A DNA stretch of 64,000 nucleotides from Vairimorpha necatrix (Eukaryota): assembly GCA_036630325.1 (NCBI GenBank), contig CP142733.1, positions 620,001-684,000 of the forward strand, written 5' to 3'. Of the stretch, positions 39,736 through 55,050 are shown in pieces. Position 1 is the stretch's first letter. Each line of letters begins with the position of its first letter. The notes under the pieces were generated by a model. It saw only the letters and a list, made by a program, of their open reading frames with translations. It was not told the DNA's origin and made no database searches. A program made the translations under genes and the position numbers.

Positions 39736-40894
39736 ATTACAATAAATATAATTAACATTTTTAATACAGTTTTGTATTATCATTTAAATATATATATATA
39801 TCAAATTTTTTTTGTGGGCAATAACGTGTTACATTGTATTATTTGGGAAATTCTAATCATATTTATATTTATAATATTTTTCTGTAAGAAATTTCTTTTT
39901 TTTGTATATCTAATAATTTTATATATGTAATTTATTCAATTTTATACATTATAATACCACAACTATAAGTAATTAATGTTTCTGTTTGTTGCAGTTTTAA
40001 AAACTATCTCTTTTAAATTTTGTTTTTTTTTATTTTCAGTATACGGATGATATTAAAAATGGTCGTTTGTTGATATAGTCAGTTTTTTATGATGCGAATT
40101 TAATTATAATTGCAATGCATAAAAAGATCTTATAAATAATTAGATAAACATCTGATTATAATTAGAATTTGTACAAAAAAAAATTTTATAAACGCTCAAA
40201 AATGCTTTTTTATTTCAACCAAAAACCAAGGAAATTGTGTTTTTGGTTGAATTACCAAATATTGAATAATTAAAATAATTTTATGTTTGTTAATAGTACG
40301 AAATTAGATATTATTACATAAATCTGAATATTTTTATATCAATAATGATATTTTCCAGATGTTTCTTTGTACGATTTTCACATTACAGCCACTAATACAA
40401 AATAACAATTTTTATAATTTATACAAAAAAAGAAGAACGAATATATATTTGTAGATAAATGTTTTTTATCTGTTTATTCTGAAAACTACAACATTAAAAT
40501 GTAAAAAATATAACCTTTTTTGCTAGCTTTTTCAAGTGGTGTATAGAATAGATATAAATATATATATATATATAAATTATAAAAATTCTTCAACATTAAA
40601 ACCAAAATTATTGATGTTAATGATTATAGTTTTTTTTAACAATATTAAAACATTTTTAGATGAATAATTCTATTTTGTCAACGTATTAATACTTTGTCGC
40701 TTTTAGTGATTACATAACCTTTTCGGCGATCAAGAATTAAATCATATGTTTATGTTTTCAAAACATTAATATGTCTCATTCAAGTCATTTTATATAATTA
40801 TAAAATGGTCACTTATAAAATAATTATTTCATTTATATAATTATATTTTTTTTTACATATTTTCATTTATGCCATAAAATTATGTTATATCACT

Positions 40895-41645
40895 AGGAAG
40901 CCAGTGGATTATTTGGAGACAAAGTGCAATCAGATGTTGAATTTTTATGAAAAAACACAACGAAGTAGTAATGCATTCATCTATTACTTTGTATTTACTA
41001 TGAGGTTGATTATCAGTAAAAGAGTTCGTAGAAGATGAATATGCGAAAAAAAGTAAATACGAGGAAACTCACTAATATAAGAAGTTACATTAACCCTGAC
41101 ATTCTTGTGTTTGACAAGGAGAAGAAATGAATTTATATCATTCGAGTTGGTATAACAACCAGGATCGAATACTAATCTAAAACGATTAAAAATAAGAATA
41201 AACTTGTTTTGCAAATGCTACGGAACTAATACATCTATTCTTACATTTATGTTTGTTATGAAAGTACATGGAATGAAGTAGCAACAAAAAATACAGATAG
41301 TACATCAGAGAGCTATAAAATTTTTAACCTTACTTAAAGCATAAATTCAGTCCATTGTGTTAATGAAAAGTCTAGATTTCATCTCTTTGAAACGATGACA
41401 AGGATGCGTTAAGAGGTTGCAGGAGAGGAAGAGGGTCCTAGAGCTTTAAGATCACTAGCCATTATAGTGGCTGCTAAAAAGTGGTATCGCCAAAAAAAAT
41501 TAAATCTAAAAATTTAGAGTTAAAAGACAAGAACGATTATTCAGAAAGCATAATTTTTCAGAGCTGAATCCCATGACCGATATCAAGACAAGCTATGCTA
41601 CAAATATCTACACTAAACGGGAAATTAACTCAATGGACCATTTAT
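40895..41645 (+). mobile_element. Degenerate R4/Dong-like element, duplicate of 6265-7015
   Basis: Same PDILVFDK, VGIT and IQSIV remnants in the collinear position, so the insertion predates the duplication. Confidence 0.85.
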
Positions 41646-42189
41646 TTTTGAATATATAAAATCTAAAAACTGCCCCCAAAAATCTTTCTAATTTAAGATA
41701 TAGTTTAAATCTTTTTACGTACTCCCATAAGTTTCTAGGATTTATAATTAAAAAATTATGCAAGCCTTTTTTAGGACTCTCACTATATTTACAATTAAAA
41801 TAAATTCGTTTTTAGAATGTAATTATTAACACTAAATCCTCATATGAATATACTTGTTTATTTGCAATTAAGATATTTTACAGATCATAATCTCTTTAGT
41901 CCTTATATTTAAGATTTTTATAGTAAATATTCTTCAGATAGTATTCTTACGTAATTTATCATACACTGATATTATATTTAATACTTTGAAGAAAGTGCAT
42001 ATTTTTAATGTTTATGTTGTATTTCTTATAAATTTTTGTGCAAATTGTCAAATTAATTATTAACTATATAAGTATAGTCGCTTAATTTACTTGTTTTTTT
42101 AAATTCAACAAGATCAATTTTGAATTTTCATAGATTTAGTTTTAAAGTTTATGTTCTAGGCGTAAATATAATAAAATTTCTTTCGAGGG

Positions 42190-43110
42190 TTTGTGCTTGC
42201 AATACATATATTTTTAAAGATAAAAATACAAATATTAAAACATACAAAAATTACAGTTGCGATATAGCTCTAACCTCCAATAATACTTAAAACATTCGTA
42301 ATCTCAGTGTCAATTGTATCAAAATCATTTTTTGTCTCGGAAGTTACTATCTTGGCATTTTTTCAAAATGTTCTTTTATAAAATTTTACCTTGTTTACTC
42401 CATTTATATTTGTTTCTGTGTTATTTTCTTTGCTTCCTTCATTAAATCAGTTGTAACAAAGTCTTTAATACAATTTATACATTCTGCTTTTAATTAATTA
42501 TCACATTTTTTTTTTTATGAAATCATATATATATAACTCACTCATTCTTTCATAACAAACATTAAGATTAGTTATTATTCGTTTTCATTGCTTATAAACA
42601 GTGGATAGAAAGTTTGTTTATTATGCACCATTTGGTACAAAACATATTGTTGTCTAATAATTTCTTTTATATTCTTTTAAGATACGGAATTGTTTATAAC
42701 ATCTTTACTCATAACCGTAGTATGTCATAACTCGATTATTCTAAATAAATCTTTCTTTATAAATAATAATTTCTTATCTAAATATACGATATCTTTTTCA
42801 GCATTCGGTTTGTTGATTTTCAATATAACAACAGATTTTTTTCTAACACAAAAACTATGTTCTGAAAAATTATTTTCCATTTAAAAAATATTCCTGGTTT
42901 GTAATTGTGTTCCAAAAAAATGAAAAGTCTTATCTCACATTGGATTATATAAAGAGGCCGAGAAAGTGGTCGACAAACATCTAAACTGAAGACAATTTTT
43001 TAATGTAATTTTCAAAATCTTAACTGGTTTTTATATTTTTAGATGAAATTTAAGAGCGTCAAGATTGGATAAAAAAAATTAAAGGCAGATAAAAACATTA
43101 ATTTATTCAT
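42190..43110 (-). pseudogene. Duplicate of the decayed gene at 7560-8492
   Basis: Collinear similarity, ATG at 43110 and multiple lesions. Confidence 0.45.
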
Positions 43111-45744
43111 TAAAAGAGTTAACGTAAAAAAATTATTTTTTCATTTTGTTTACTTTTCATGTATTATGTCTTTGTATTATCAAACAGTTTGTTTTTATAT
43201 AAGAATTTATAATAGTCATTGTCTTTGGTTTTTTAAGATTCATAATGCTTTTGGTGTTCTTTATTAAATGAATTAGTTATAGAAAGCTTAGAAACGAATG
43301 ATATGGTTTACACAAAAATATTTTTTCAAACATATACTTTTGAGGCCATTTAACATAACAAAGACCGGACATTAATATTTTAAAGAATACAAGAATGTAT
43401 ATTATCTCAACTCATAAAAAATAAATATTTAAAAATAAATATAAACATAAAAAAATATTCAAGATAATATTATAATATAATCTTGGAGATTTTATCCGTT
43501 TCATAACAATATATAATTAACACTTAAACAACAATTTTCTCCTTTAATATAAGCTCTTTAAGAAGCATAATATCCAAAAATGCAAGTGTTTTTGTATTTG
43601 AAGTTTCAAGTATGTTCTTTGTGTATTTCTTTTTTTGCAAAATCTGTGTTTAAAATATAACAGTTTAAAGTATAAAAAAATCATAGCACAATAAAAACCC
43701 TTAAATTAATATAAATTTTACAATTATAGCAATTTTTTAATATTTATCTGAGGTCAAAGTATCAATTTATTTTTTTAGTAGTAATAAATTCTTTACATGA
43801 AATTTGCGTGATGATATTATAAATGGTGTAATATCTATAATAGAGCAATATCAAAAAGATTATTTGAATGATCTTAAAATTTGTAAAGATATGAATGGTA
43901 TAATATTATTAATTTCATTAGTAGTATACCAACACAGAATAAAAACTTTGAAAGATTGAAATTTGTTTTTTTAGATCATGAGATAAACAATCCTGTACAT
44001 TAAATCATATAAAAAGGACTAATCCTTCCTGGTATAAATATGGTGGTTTTTGTTACTATTCAGAATCAATCTACTATTTTCGAAGAAAAATATCTCACAA
44101 GGATTATTGAGATATGGATGCAAACTATTAATTACGGTTAGCATCTTGTTTTTCGAATATGTATTTTTTAGAGCCTTGTTTTTGCTAGAGGCAATTTATG
44201 GTTGACTTAATATAAAAACAATATGCATCTAATAGGAATAACATTACGTTAAAACAATATAACCTCATTTCATTGACAGCTTAATGCTTATCTCTAAAAG
44301 CCAACCATACAATAGATAAACTTATAGCATTTCAATCTGTTCTATTTTTATTTTTTTTATTTAGACTGCTTAAAAGATATCATTATTTGAGGTGTTTAGG
44401 GGCTTTTTTATAAAATTACTCTACACATATATATATATATAAATAGCAACCAATATACATTATTCTTGCCGTAAGATGGCATTCCGACAAGGTTAAAATA
44501 ACGTAGCTTTAAGACAACAAATAAATATGGCACTTCTAAAGCGAAACATACACAAGGTTCCATTTTATGCTATTTATCCTTGTATGAAAAATATTAACCA
44601 AAATAGTTTGTTTGTAGAAAACAAAGTTCTTGGTGTATGAACACAATGAATAGAAATACACATTAACAGAAAAATTCACACATGCAAACAATTCTGTTAT
44701 ACCTTATCAAAATATCAATATATCAAAAAAGATCTTGTTAATATATAGTTTTATAGTGATTTTATTAATCATGCATTTTTTGTTAATACTAATTTTTAAT
44801 AATACATAAAATATTTTTTCATCTTATGAAGCCTAATATAAAAATATATTTTACAACTATGGTATATATGTCAAATACATGTGAGTTTAATGATATTATA
44901 ATCAAATTTGTCAATAGTTAATATTTTACAGTACAATATGAAGTAAATTGTATAAATTAAATGTTTACGCACATTTATTTCCGTTAGAATATTTATAATT
45001 TTAAATGCAAAGCACTGTTATTTCAAATATATATATATATATACATATATTTTATAAACTTAATAGATTTTTCTAAATATATTCAATCAGGATATTACCA
45101 AAGTCTTAAATGACATCAGATGCATTTATATTGGAAAAAGGGCTTGTAATATCAAGCATTAAGCTTTCAATTTATTGAAACAAAATGTTTAATTTTGTTT
45201 GTCTGTAGAATTCTATTATTTATTCAAAGCAGAAAGATGAACTGTTAGACAATAAAAATTTATTCAGTAACAATGATAATTATAAAAGGTTGATATGTGA
45301 TTGATTGTATACATGATCCTGAAATGTATTGTAGAATCGATTTTATTGAAAATGAGTATTATTTTTGTTTGTTGATTCAGCAACACATTGTCCAAAATAC
45401 ATTATACACATTAAAAGAAAGAATAAAACTTATTCGACTGATATGGACTTTGATATCAAGCATATCAAATCATTTTGACGGCTTAAAATTAAAAAAAAAT
45501 GTAAAAAATTTTTTTAAAAAGTACATAAATTCAATTGTTAACCACATTTCATCAGTTTATTTTTTTGTGTTTACACCTAAACACATCTGAAACACTTGAA
45601 TCATAATTATTAGAAAAATGAAAAATTAAATTTGATAAATCACTAATATGATCATTTTTAAGAATTTTTTATAAATTTACTTCTGTTTTTGTACACAATT
45701 TGTTTCAAAAATAAATATAAATATAAAATTTTATGTAAATAAAC

Positions 45745-46239
45745 ATGTTATTTGCATTCCTCTATTTAAAAAAAACAGACAGCATTCGGAAGCTTGCGTA
45801 TATTCCTACAGACATGGGTATTGGGATAACTATTTTAGAAGTAATACAAGAGCACAAAGAAGAAGAAATTAGTGTGGTTAAATCGGGCGATCAAATGTAT
45901 GTGCTTCTAGTTAATTTCCCATTAGATTGGAAGTCACCAAAGCCAAAGGACAAATTTACAAAGCAATTGTCTGAACACTTCATAAGATTCCAAAAAGTCG
46001 TCTATGAGAATATTTTGAGGCTAAAAGATAGGATTTTTTCTGCAACCAGAAATATGTGGTCAAGTATTTCATCTATATTTTCCAAATTTCGATCAAAAAT
46101 CTCGTTCTTGTTCACTAAATCATACGCATGGTTTTATAAACATATAAAAATGCGTTCTAAAACATTTGAATGGGTCTATAAAGTGTCCAAACATGGGTTT
46201 GAGAAAGTGTTAAAAGTTCACAAAGAAATCAGAGAATAA
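45745..46239 (+). CDS. Family-2 protein, duplicate of 11100-11594
   Basis: Same length; about 10 amino-acid differences. Confidence 0.85.
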   Translation: MLFAFLYLKKTDSIRKLAYIPTDMGIGITILEVIQEHKEEEISVVKSGDQMYVLLVNFPLDWKSPKPKDKFTKQLSEHFIRFQKVVYENILRLKDRIFSATRNMWSSISSIFSKFRSKISFLFTKSYAWFYKHIKMRSKTFEWVYKVSKHGFEKVLKVHKEIRE

Positions 46240-47142
46240 AGCAATAACTTTTCTAAATTTCTTTATTTGCTTTTTATAATTATATGTTTCATTCCATTCA
46301 CGCAGGATTAGTATAATTTTTACAGTATTTAAAATTTTAATATTTTTTATATAAATCAATAAAATGAACAATAATTCAAATATAAATTCTAATACGTGTG
46401 TATAAACTAGCGGTTTAATATTTAAATATATTTAACATCATTAGAAAAAAAAATGCTTTTTTTTAAAAATCTAACAATTAGTAAAAATTTCAGTTTTGAC
46501 ACATATTTCCCCCCTTATGCTTCATTTTCAGTCTTGTTATGCATTTTTGTAAGTATAGATTATTAGAATTCCTTCTCTTCTAATCTCAACACTTTCGAGA
46601 TCTCCTGATATTTTTTATTGTGTAGAAGAACTTCAAGAGATTTGTCCAAAACAAGAAATTGAATTTAATTCTTGTCAATTGTTGTTATCTTAAGAATTCA
46701 TCGATGCATTTTATGGTTTGCTGTAACCAAGACGCCCCAGTTAAACATCTATAATATTTAAAAAAATATAAGAAATTGTGTAAAGTCTTTATTACATAAA
46801 ATATATGATGTCCCTTTATGCAATATTATAAATCATATATATGCAAAAATTTAACTTCATGCATAAAAAAATTTCTTTATGTCTTAGTTAATATTTTCAA
46901 GTATGTGACTATTTGTTTTGACGTCAACTACTATCTACAACAAAAAATGTAGGAAATAATTAAGATTTTGAGTCAAAAGCTTACTATAATTTTTAGCTAA
47001 AAATTATATATAACTGACAATCTAAAGTTTTCGTAACATAATCGCTGACGCAAGTACTTATATATAATATGATATTGTATTACAAATACTATTTCAAAAG
47101 TTATGAATTGTTGCAATTGTGAAATATATAAAAAATTAACAT

Positions 47143-47266
47143 TGTCGTTAAATCGTTTATTAATATTTTCCATCCCCTCTTTCCAGCATGAATTTATATA
47201 GTTTAATTGACCAATCATCTTGCAACAATTGTATCATATTTTGTGGCCCCTGTACTGGCCACGACA
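47143..47266 (-). mobile_element. Solo LTR (124 bp)
   Basis: TGTCGT...ACGACA inverted ends and a 5-bp TSD aacat (47138-47142, 47267-47271). The site is empty in copy A at ~12500. TATATAA and AATAAA occur on the minus strand. Confidence 0.88.
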
Positions 47267-50200
47267 AACATTATATTATAACTTCAGATACTTTATGATT
47301 TTTGTAAGAATAACACATATAATGAAAATTAAGTTAGTGATTAAATATAACCATCTCAATTAGGCGTAAGTTGTTTATGGTCGATTACAATTAATTTTTA
47401 GTATCGAACACTTCATAGCATCTGGGATATTCGGGATAGATTCGAAGGAATTATAATCCTGAGCTTAAATATACCTGTTGAAAACGCAAGTCGCACTATG
47501 TATCTTATTGGTAGACGTTAAAAAAACAAATTTAAAGCGTTTTAAATATTATACATAGTCATATGTGAAAATTCTTTCGATTTTAACGTAAACTTTATTA
47601 TGTATAAATGTAGCTAATAAGTCAGAAAGATACTTAGTTATATAATAGGCAATAGCAATAAGAAAGTAAATACGAGTAGATATGTGAATCTCTACAAACA
47701 CTATGATTATTTATTTACTAAGGTATTATTATATGTAACAAATATTCCAAATTCATATCAATAGAGAAATCTGAAATATGATAAAATAAAAAAAATACTT
47801 TTCAGAATTAAATATAAAGAAATGTTTTATTTTTGCAAAAAACTGGCATAATACAATAACTTAATATCTAAAAACCATATGTGATGATATAAATGTAGTG
47901 CTGTTCAAATATTACAGAAAGTAAAGAAAACATCTCTTTATTTAAACATAATTGAAAAATTTTTCTAATATAACTTATTGTTTATCGAAGGTTCAGTGAA
48001 GAAATAAACCTTTAAGGGGCTGAAGAGGAACAAAACTATAAAAATTATGTGCATAAGCTCAATATGAATTGTTATATAAATCTACGTATGATTTAAAAGG
48101 CTATCATTTTCCCTCTGTTTTATCATAATACCAAAAAAAATTAAATATTTGACAGCCTTTAGACAATGAATTCATGAATAACGATGCTTAAAATCATAAA
48201 TATTATATATCTTTATGTTTAGCGCCGGTCTAAATATTTAAAACTTCAGGATTTATCTATAAATATCTATAGTATAATTGTATTGTTAGATTTTAATAAA
48301 AAAGTATTAATGTTTAATTAAAGATTGTAAAAAAAATCAAATTTATAAATTAAATATTACATCAATTATAATTATGTATCTAATGAATTATGAAAGAAAA
48401 ATGGAATAAGATCTAATGATATAAAACATCAAAAAATTAGTAAGTCTTCTTTGCGCCACTTATTAATAAACCCAGTATTTTACAGCGAATATTATTAAAC
48501 TGAAAAAATGACAACATTAGTACTTGTTCAAAATGAATTTTTTGAGATACATCTGCAAATTCAATATTATCTGTATTAAAATATTACGTCTCATCAGCGT
48601 TTATAAAGTTATAATATTATGATTATAATAGATGATGCTATCATATTCTTTCGCTCTGTTGTTTTTATTGCGGTTATAATTCTTGAGGTTTTAAGTTAAT
48701 ATCATATATTTTTATATTTTATTCAAAATTTTATGATCCGACCTTGATAATAGAACTCATTCTTTATTAAAAATAAAAAAAAAATTTTTTTTATTACTAA
48801 AAATCATTATTTGGAGTATTTGCCTCCTTCGTAACTATATGAAGGTAGAAGAAAATGCGTTACTCTACAGTTTGGTTTAGAAAACGTATCTCGTAAGATA
48901 ATTCTTGAAATGATCTTGCTGTTGATATTGTGTTATTTGAAACTTTTTTTTAACAGTGCGTAAATTATCAATATACTTGTCTTTCACAAATATAGATTTT
49001 TTTATAAATTCATTTTATGCTGAAGAAATAAACAGCTTACTAGGTTTCGATTTGTCAAATAATACTTATTAAAGGAATTTTCTTTGGTCGACACATTGCG
49101 ATTGTGGTAGTAACCTTTCGACAAATTATTTGTATTATTCGTTTATAAATTTCACGATTTGTAATAGTATTGCAACGGATATCATAAAAAATAAAATTTT
49201 TCTATAATTTGACGAAACATTGGTCACAGGCATCTACCTTTTACAGCTTTTTTAAGAGAACTTCCGCTATTCATACAAATCTTTATAATATGACAGAAAA
49301 CAGAGTCTTTGAATAAAATAAATAACACATTAAGTGCAGAAAAAAAAACCTTGTTTTTATAAATAAAACGATTAAGAAAGATCTTCTTGTTTATTTAAAA
49401 TAAAAATACTTGTTTGATGGAATACTTTTTTGGTAAACTTTACATTAAGTAATTTTTTACATCACAATTATTATGTATCAACAAGGGATATAGTTTTTCT
49501 GGGAAATCATAAAAAACAATTCTCATTGGACCTATATTTATGATTCGTTTGCATATATATTAATTAAGATGTGACTTAAGTGTAATATTAAAATTACAAG
49601 TGAACGTGTATATTTCTTGATTTTTTCAAATTGACCAAAAAAAGAGCTATCTTAATGATTTACAATAAGAAACAGAGAATTTCCTTTTAATTATATGTAT
49701 TTGTTACACACGTAAGTAAGTAATTTTTTTAATAAAAAACATACTATATACAAAATCTTTTAATTAATTGTTGTGTTATTTAATCTTAATTAGTTATCTT
49801 AATAATAATACTTTAATTGTAGTATCATTGTAGCAATTAATTTGATGTAATTATTTAAAACTAAGCGTAACAAATCAAAATGTTTATCTCAATTTACATA
49901 ATTTTGATTTATTTCCTATTTCTAGTAAGTTATGTGTTTGTATTTTTAGGAACAGTTAAATTTTATTATTTAATCAATAGTAATATGATATAAATTATTT
50001 TTAATTTATCTACTGTTATTTATTATAGTTTAAGATTTTAAACAGAGAAAAAAAATATTCTAACAAACTCTTGCGGACATTTCTTAGAATTTAATTTGAA
50101 TATAAAATTTATTGTTTGCATTTTCTTATTTTTACGTATATTTTAAATAAAGAGCATAGTGCCATATTAGATACGTAATTGGAGCAACTTTAACAAGGGT

Positions 50201-53200
50201 TTTGTCAATTAAATTTTGTAAATTTTTAATTTATAAAAGTCTACTAATTCAGCTTAACGTAATTAATTGGTTTGTAACACAAATTTGGTTCGATTTGAAT
50301 TGATATGTTTTATCTCCATAGCAAAAAAAATACAATACAATTATGTAAAAACATTTTTTGATGTATGTGTGGCATAATATAAATAAATATAAGGTTTTTA
50401 ATTTCATATAATTCACGTTCAATCGTCATGTCTCGACATATTTCTAAAACTTTAATTTATGAAAACTGATCAAATAAGTTCATTATAAAAAGGCCAAAAA
50501 ACCTACGACTATATATAAATAAATTATATAAACTATTTCTTTTTCGTCAAATTTCCCATATTTCTATAGTGTTAAATCTAAGAGGTTATATGCACATAGC
50601 ATATTTTATGTCTATAGTAATTCCAAGGAAACTATATTGCAGCGTAAGGTACGTTTTAACTAAATAAAAATCAAGTTAACCCGGCAGTAAAAATCTTTTT
50701 TTGTTGAACTTTAAAATTAACGGGATAAAATGTAATATTATAATAATTTCCTGTTCTTAAAAATAGTATCTTAAAGATTTTTTTCGTGATAAACAAAGTT
50801 CTATATATGAAAACAATGCATTGGCCCTAAGTTATGAGATACTGGGAAACAATGACGTTACAGTTAATTCAATACAAATACATATTTACAAAAAAATGAT
50901 AAAATACTTAATTGAACATTTAATTAGATTAAACATAAATCATTAATGTTGTAGGAGCCAAGGGCTGCTACATGTTTGATAAGTTTTACAGTTCACAATA
51001 TTTTAATATTTTAAACTTTTATATTCAACCCTTAAGCAAGATGGAAGAAAAAGATGAAAAAACTAATAAACAATTTAATATCGACAATTATAATTGTTGT
51101 AAAAGCGCTTTATTTTATTTTCGTCCTTTTCTCTTTGCATAAGATGGGGTTAAAATATTATTAAAATATATAGAAATGATCAAGCATTGTAAATGCTGTT
51201 AGAGCGTAAGGAACTACGACAATAATATTATTTAAGTATGAGATCTCAAGATTCGGGGGTTTCTTTGCATAATACAGCGTTCATTGCCCTTTTTAATGTT
51301 GATGGGCATCACAATCTTCAAAATGCATACGAGTAAATTCGTATATATGTAATTTTATAAAAATACTATCTTTTCCATTTCTTGTACTCGAATATGATGG
51401 AACGCATCAGTATCGTCTAGTGTGGGAAAGTGGTATCAGTCGATAGGCGGTCAAAAATCATGTACGCATCTTTGCTCTTATGCTATTTATCCTCCAAAGT
51501 CTACACACATTATCTATATATATATATCTATTTTTGGTATAATCAATATTCTACTACATAAGGGACTTCTGCATTCCCTTAAAATTCCAAGTTTTAGGAT
51601 TTTGTTGATTTCTTCATTTACGGCTTCTTCTTGTGGTACTAGTATTCTTGCATTCCTTTGTCAACTTATCTTTGTACTGTTCGTCAGTATTCGATGACTA
51701 AATGCAAGCAACAATTATAGTCGCTTATTACTATTGTAAAAATAGCTTCATATTCCTGAGTTTTATTATGTTATGAATCATATGTAAAGTTCGATATTTG
51801 GCTGATTCTATATTTTGCTGCATTTTGAATGTCTAAGATCAATTGTTTACTATTACATACCACATTTGCCTCTATTATATCATATTTAATGTATTGATTA
51901 TTAAGAGTAAGAATATTACGCCTTTTTACGAATCCATGTACAATCTTATATTTAGAATTCTTTTTTTAAATTTCTTTTCCTATGCATTATACTACCAAAT
52001 TATTTCTAAAAATACGATTACGATCTTTTTGTGAAATATCATTTTAATTTATGACAAAGACATCGGCTTTTCTACCTAGTAATACATTTAATCTTTGTTA
52101 AAAGACTGCTTTCTACAAAGAAAAAGGTTAAATTTAATTTGTGAATAATGTAAATAAAATCAAATTTGTTTTTACATGGACTTTTTCGTCGCTTTCATAT
52201 TCATCCAATGCATTTATATATTTTTTTGAAGTTATTTCTCCTCTTGAGTACTATTGTTATAACTTTGCAATCTTGTGAAATGATTACATTCCCGTATTGT
52301 GTGCACGTTTTATATAATCAATATTATGTCGCAGTGGGTTTTCATAGCATTTTTTTAAAATTTTTTTGTAGTAAACTTTTGTGTTGGGCCCTTTGCACGC
52401 GTCGTCATGCAGTTTAGACCTAGCTAACATCTTATCGGAATATGAAATCCACAATATACTCTACTTCTTCAATAAATCCCAACAAAGTCTGAACTGTAGT
52501 GGGGTCTGGTTTAGAAATGCTTTTATCTCCATTGGCGATTTATTCATGTCTATTTAACACAAAGCGTTGAAATTTATAAAAGATCATTCAAATATAACTT
52601 TTGCTACCTGTAATATCTGCGAGTAAACTTCCTTTGTCATTTGTACTTTTATCGATGAAACATGCTTAGTGTTATATCATTGTCTTTATGTAACCCGATC
52701 CTTTCTTTATTATGTGAACAATCTACTCTGTCTTCATTTTCCAAACTAATGTTTAAAAGCACAAAATAATGCCTTTGCGTTGAAGTTAGTAACAAATACA
52801 TTTTTGAATTGTCTTTGGTCCATTTAGAAACCTATCCTACCAATAGTACGTCTCTTATTCTGGTGTAGATATCCTCACCTAACGTTCTGTGAAGTATACG
52901 ACATTAGACGTATTTGTCGCTTGTGATGCGTTTTTTTTATTTTCTATCCATTTTCGGGAATGTTTTTGTATTCTTTTAGTAGCCAATCAAATCTGTCTAT
53001 TTGTGGCGTTAAGATTGTTCAGTCTATTGTCGTCTACGACATAAAGTACTTGTAATAGAAAAACAAACTCAATAATTTTTTTGTTTTTAGACCAGTAAAC
53101 ATAACAATTATAGTATAACATAAGTGTAAATAAAACTACTAATTTGAAATATTGAATATATATTTTATACTTTTTGTATGTTTTATTACTGGAAAAGATT

Positions 53201-53456
53201 TTTAATTCTACTACTCCCCCGGCTTTAGGCAAAATTTAACTATAATTAGAATTCGAAGCATCTAGTATATTTCTTAAATTTATCTTCATTTTAATTTTAT
53301 ATGTCACTTTTTAATATAATGAAAAATAAGGTTATTCTTCTAAGTTATATATTTAACAGAATTTGGTAATAAATCATTCTCTTTATCGTAAAAGATCATT
53401 TTTTAATGTAATAAAAAATTTTATATTTTTTATAAAACTAATAATTCTTTATGCCC

Positions 53457-54480
53457 ATGATAAATTTACTATTTTGTCTATTAAAAATATATTGTAACGA
53501 ATCGATCTTTGTTATTGAAAACAACAATCATCATTTAGAAGTGTACTTAAGCCCACTAGAAGAAAAAACTGATCAAACTTACATCTTAAAAGAATACGAC
53601 AATGCAGTCTCTTATGTTTTTTCTAATATAATATTCAAAGACAAGGAATACGTAAATCATTTGCTAAATTATAATAGAAGCAGCGACCAGGAACAGAATT
53701 ATTTATTAACTCTATTTCGGAACGGCAACATTATTTTAAAAACTACATTTAAATTTGACAATACAAAGTCTTATTGTATAGAAAAAAGGTATCAAGACAA
53801 GATTATTATGAGTAGTATAATAGATTTTGATAGTAATAAAAAATTGTATGACTTGAAATGAACTTCTATGAATTTAAAATCTATTAAAAATGATGAAGAA
53901 GTTGATAATAAAAAGACGAATACAGATGGTGTCTCTTTTGCAGAAAACAAAATTGAATCAGCTTCTGACACATTTGAAAATTTCAATTTAGGAATTAAAA
54001 AGGCAATTGGAAATATAACATCAGAATCTGTTTACATTGATTCGCCAGATGCGAATGAAAAATCAAGATTTAAAGTTGAGTCTGCGTCTACTTTTGCAAA
54101 CGGAAAATCTTTCGTAGTACTAGGAAATACTTTTGCATTGCGATGGAGGAAGCCAAAAATCAACCAATCAACGGAAAACAAGATATCGAAGGCGAAAAGA
54201 CAATTGGCCTTCTAACAACAGAGAAAACCGAAGAACAACAAGTAAATAATTTTATATTAAACATCTCTGATCATAAACATCATGAAACTAAGGAAAAAAG
54301 AAGTGGAATAATTAACTGGCAAAGATAATAAAATAAAAGAAGATGAAAAACTTGCAAAATTCACTAAAGATGATAAAAGAAAAAATTTCAATGCAAAATC
54401 TTAAGGTGTGTTGTGGTTTGTAGCCATTTTTATACTTTTTTATATAAAAAATAAATATTATTATTATTGAAAAGCCTTAT
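53457..54480 (+). pseudogene. Family-1 long-form gene interrupted by a stop and frameshifts; the 53457-53861 part could still give a ~134-aa secreted protein
   Basis: CCC-ATG, MINLLFCLLKIYCN, LEVYLS and NIILKTTF. TGA at 53859 is followed in frame by ORF 53868-54215, a shifted charged stalk and hydrophobic VLWFVAIFILFYI at ~54408-54447. Confidence 0.8.
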
Positions 54481-55050
54481 CCGTATAATTTACAATTTTA
54501 TTTGCCAATAAAATGCACATATAGTTTGTATAAACATATTTTACTTGGGTTTATCATCAATTAAAGTCATAATTATTAGAATCAGAAGTTTTTATATTGT
54601 TTTTAACATATGAATCATAGTCATCAAGATAATAAAAAACTATACTTGTCGAAATTATTCAAGTATTGACAGGCTTACAATGTAAAATTTGTACTGGCGT
54701 TTATAACGTAGGCTTTGATATTAGTCTTATTGTATTTTCTTATTCTACACAATGTTCACAAAACCTCATGGCTAAAGTCAACTTTTTTGCGCACAACAAA
54801 CTTTCCTTCTCATCATAAGCTTTTTATAATGTCTTGCATATTGTTGTATGAACTTAAATTAATCTTTATTTTCATTTCTAACAAAAAAATTTTATTTAAA
54901 TAACATTCTTTCAAAAAAAAAATTTTTTATAAATTTCAAATACTTTTATTCTTTGGCACAATAAGAGTTTTTATTATCTTAAATTTATGGCATCATCTGT
55001 CAATATATAATTCATATAAATCCACTGCAGACATACACCATATAATATTC

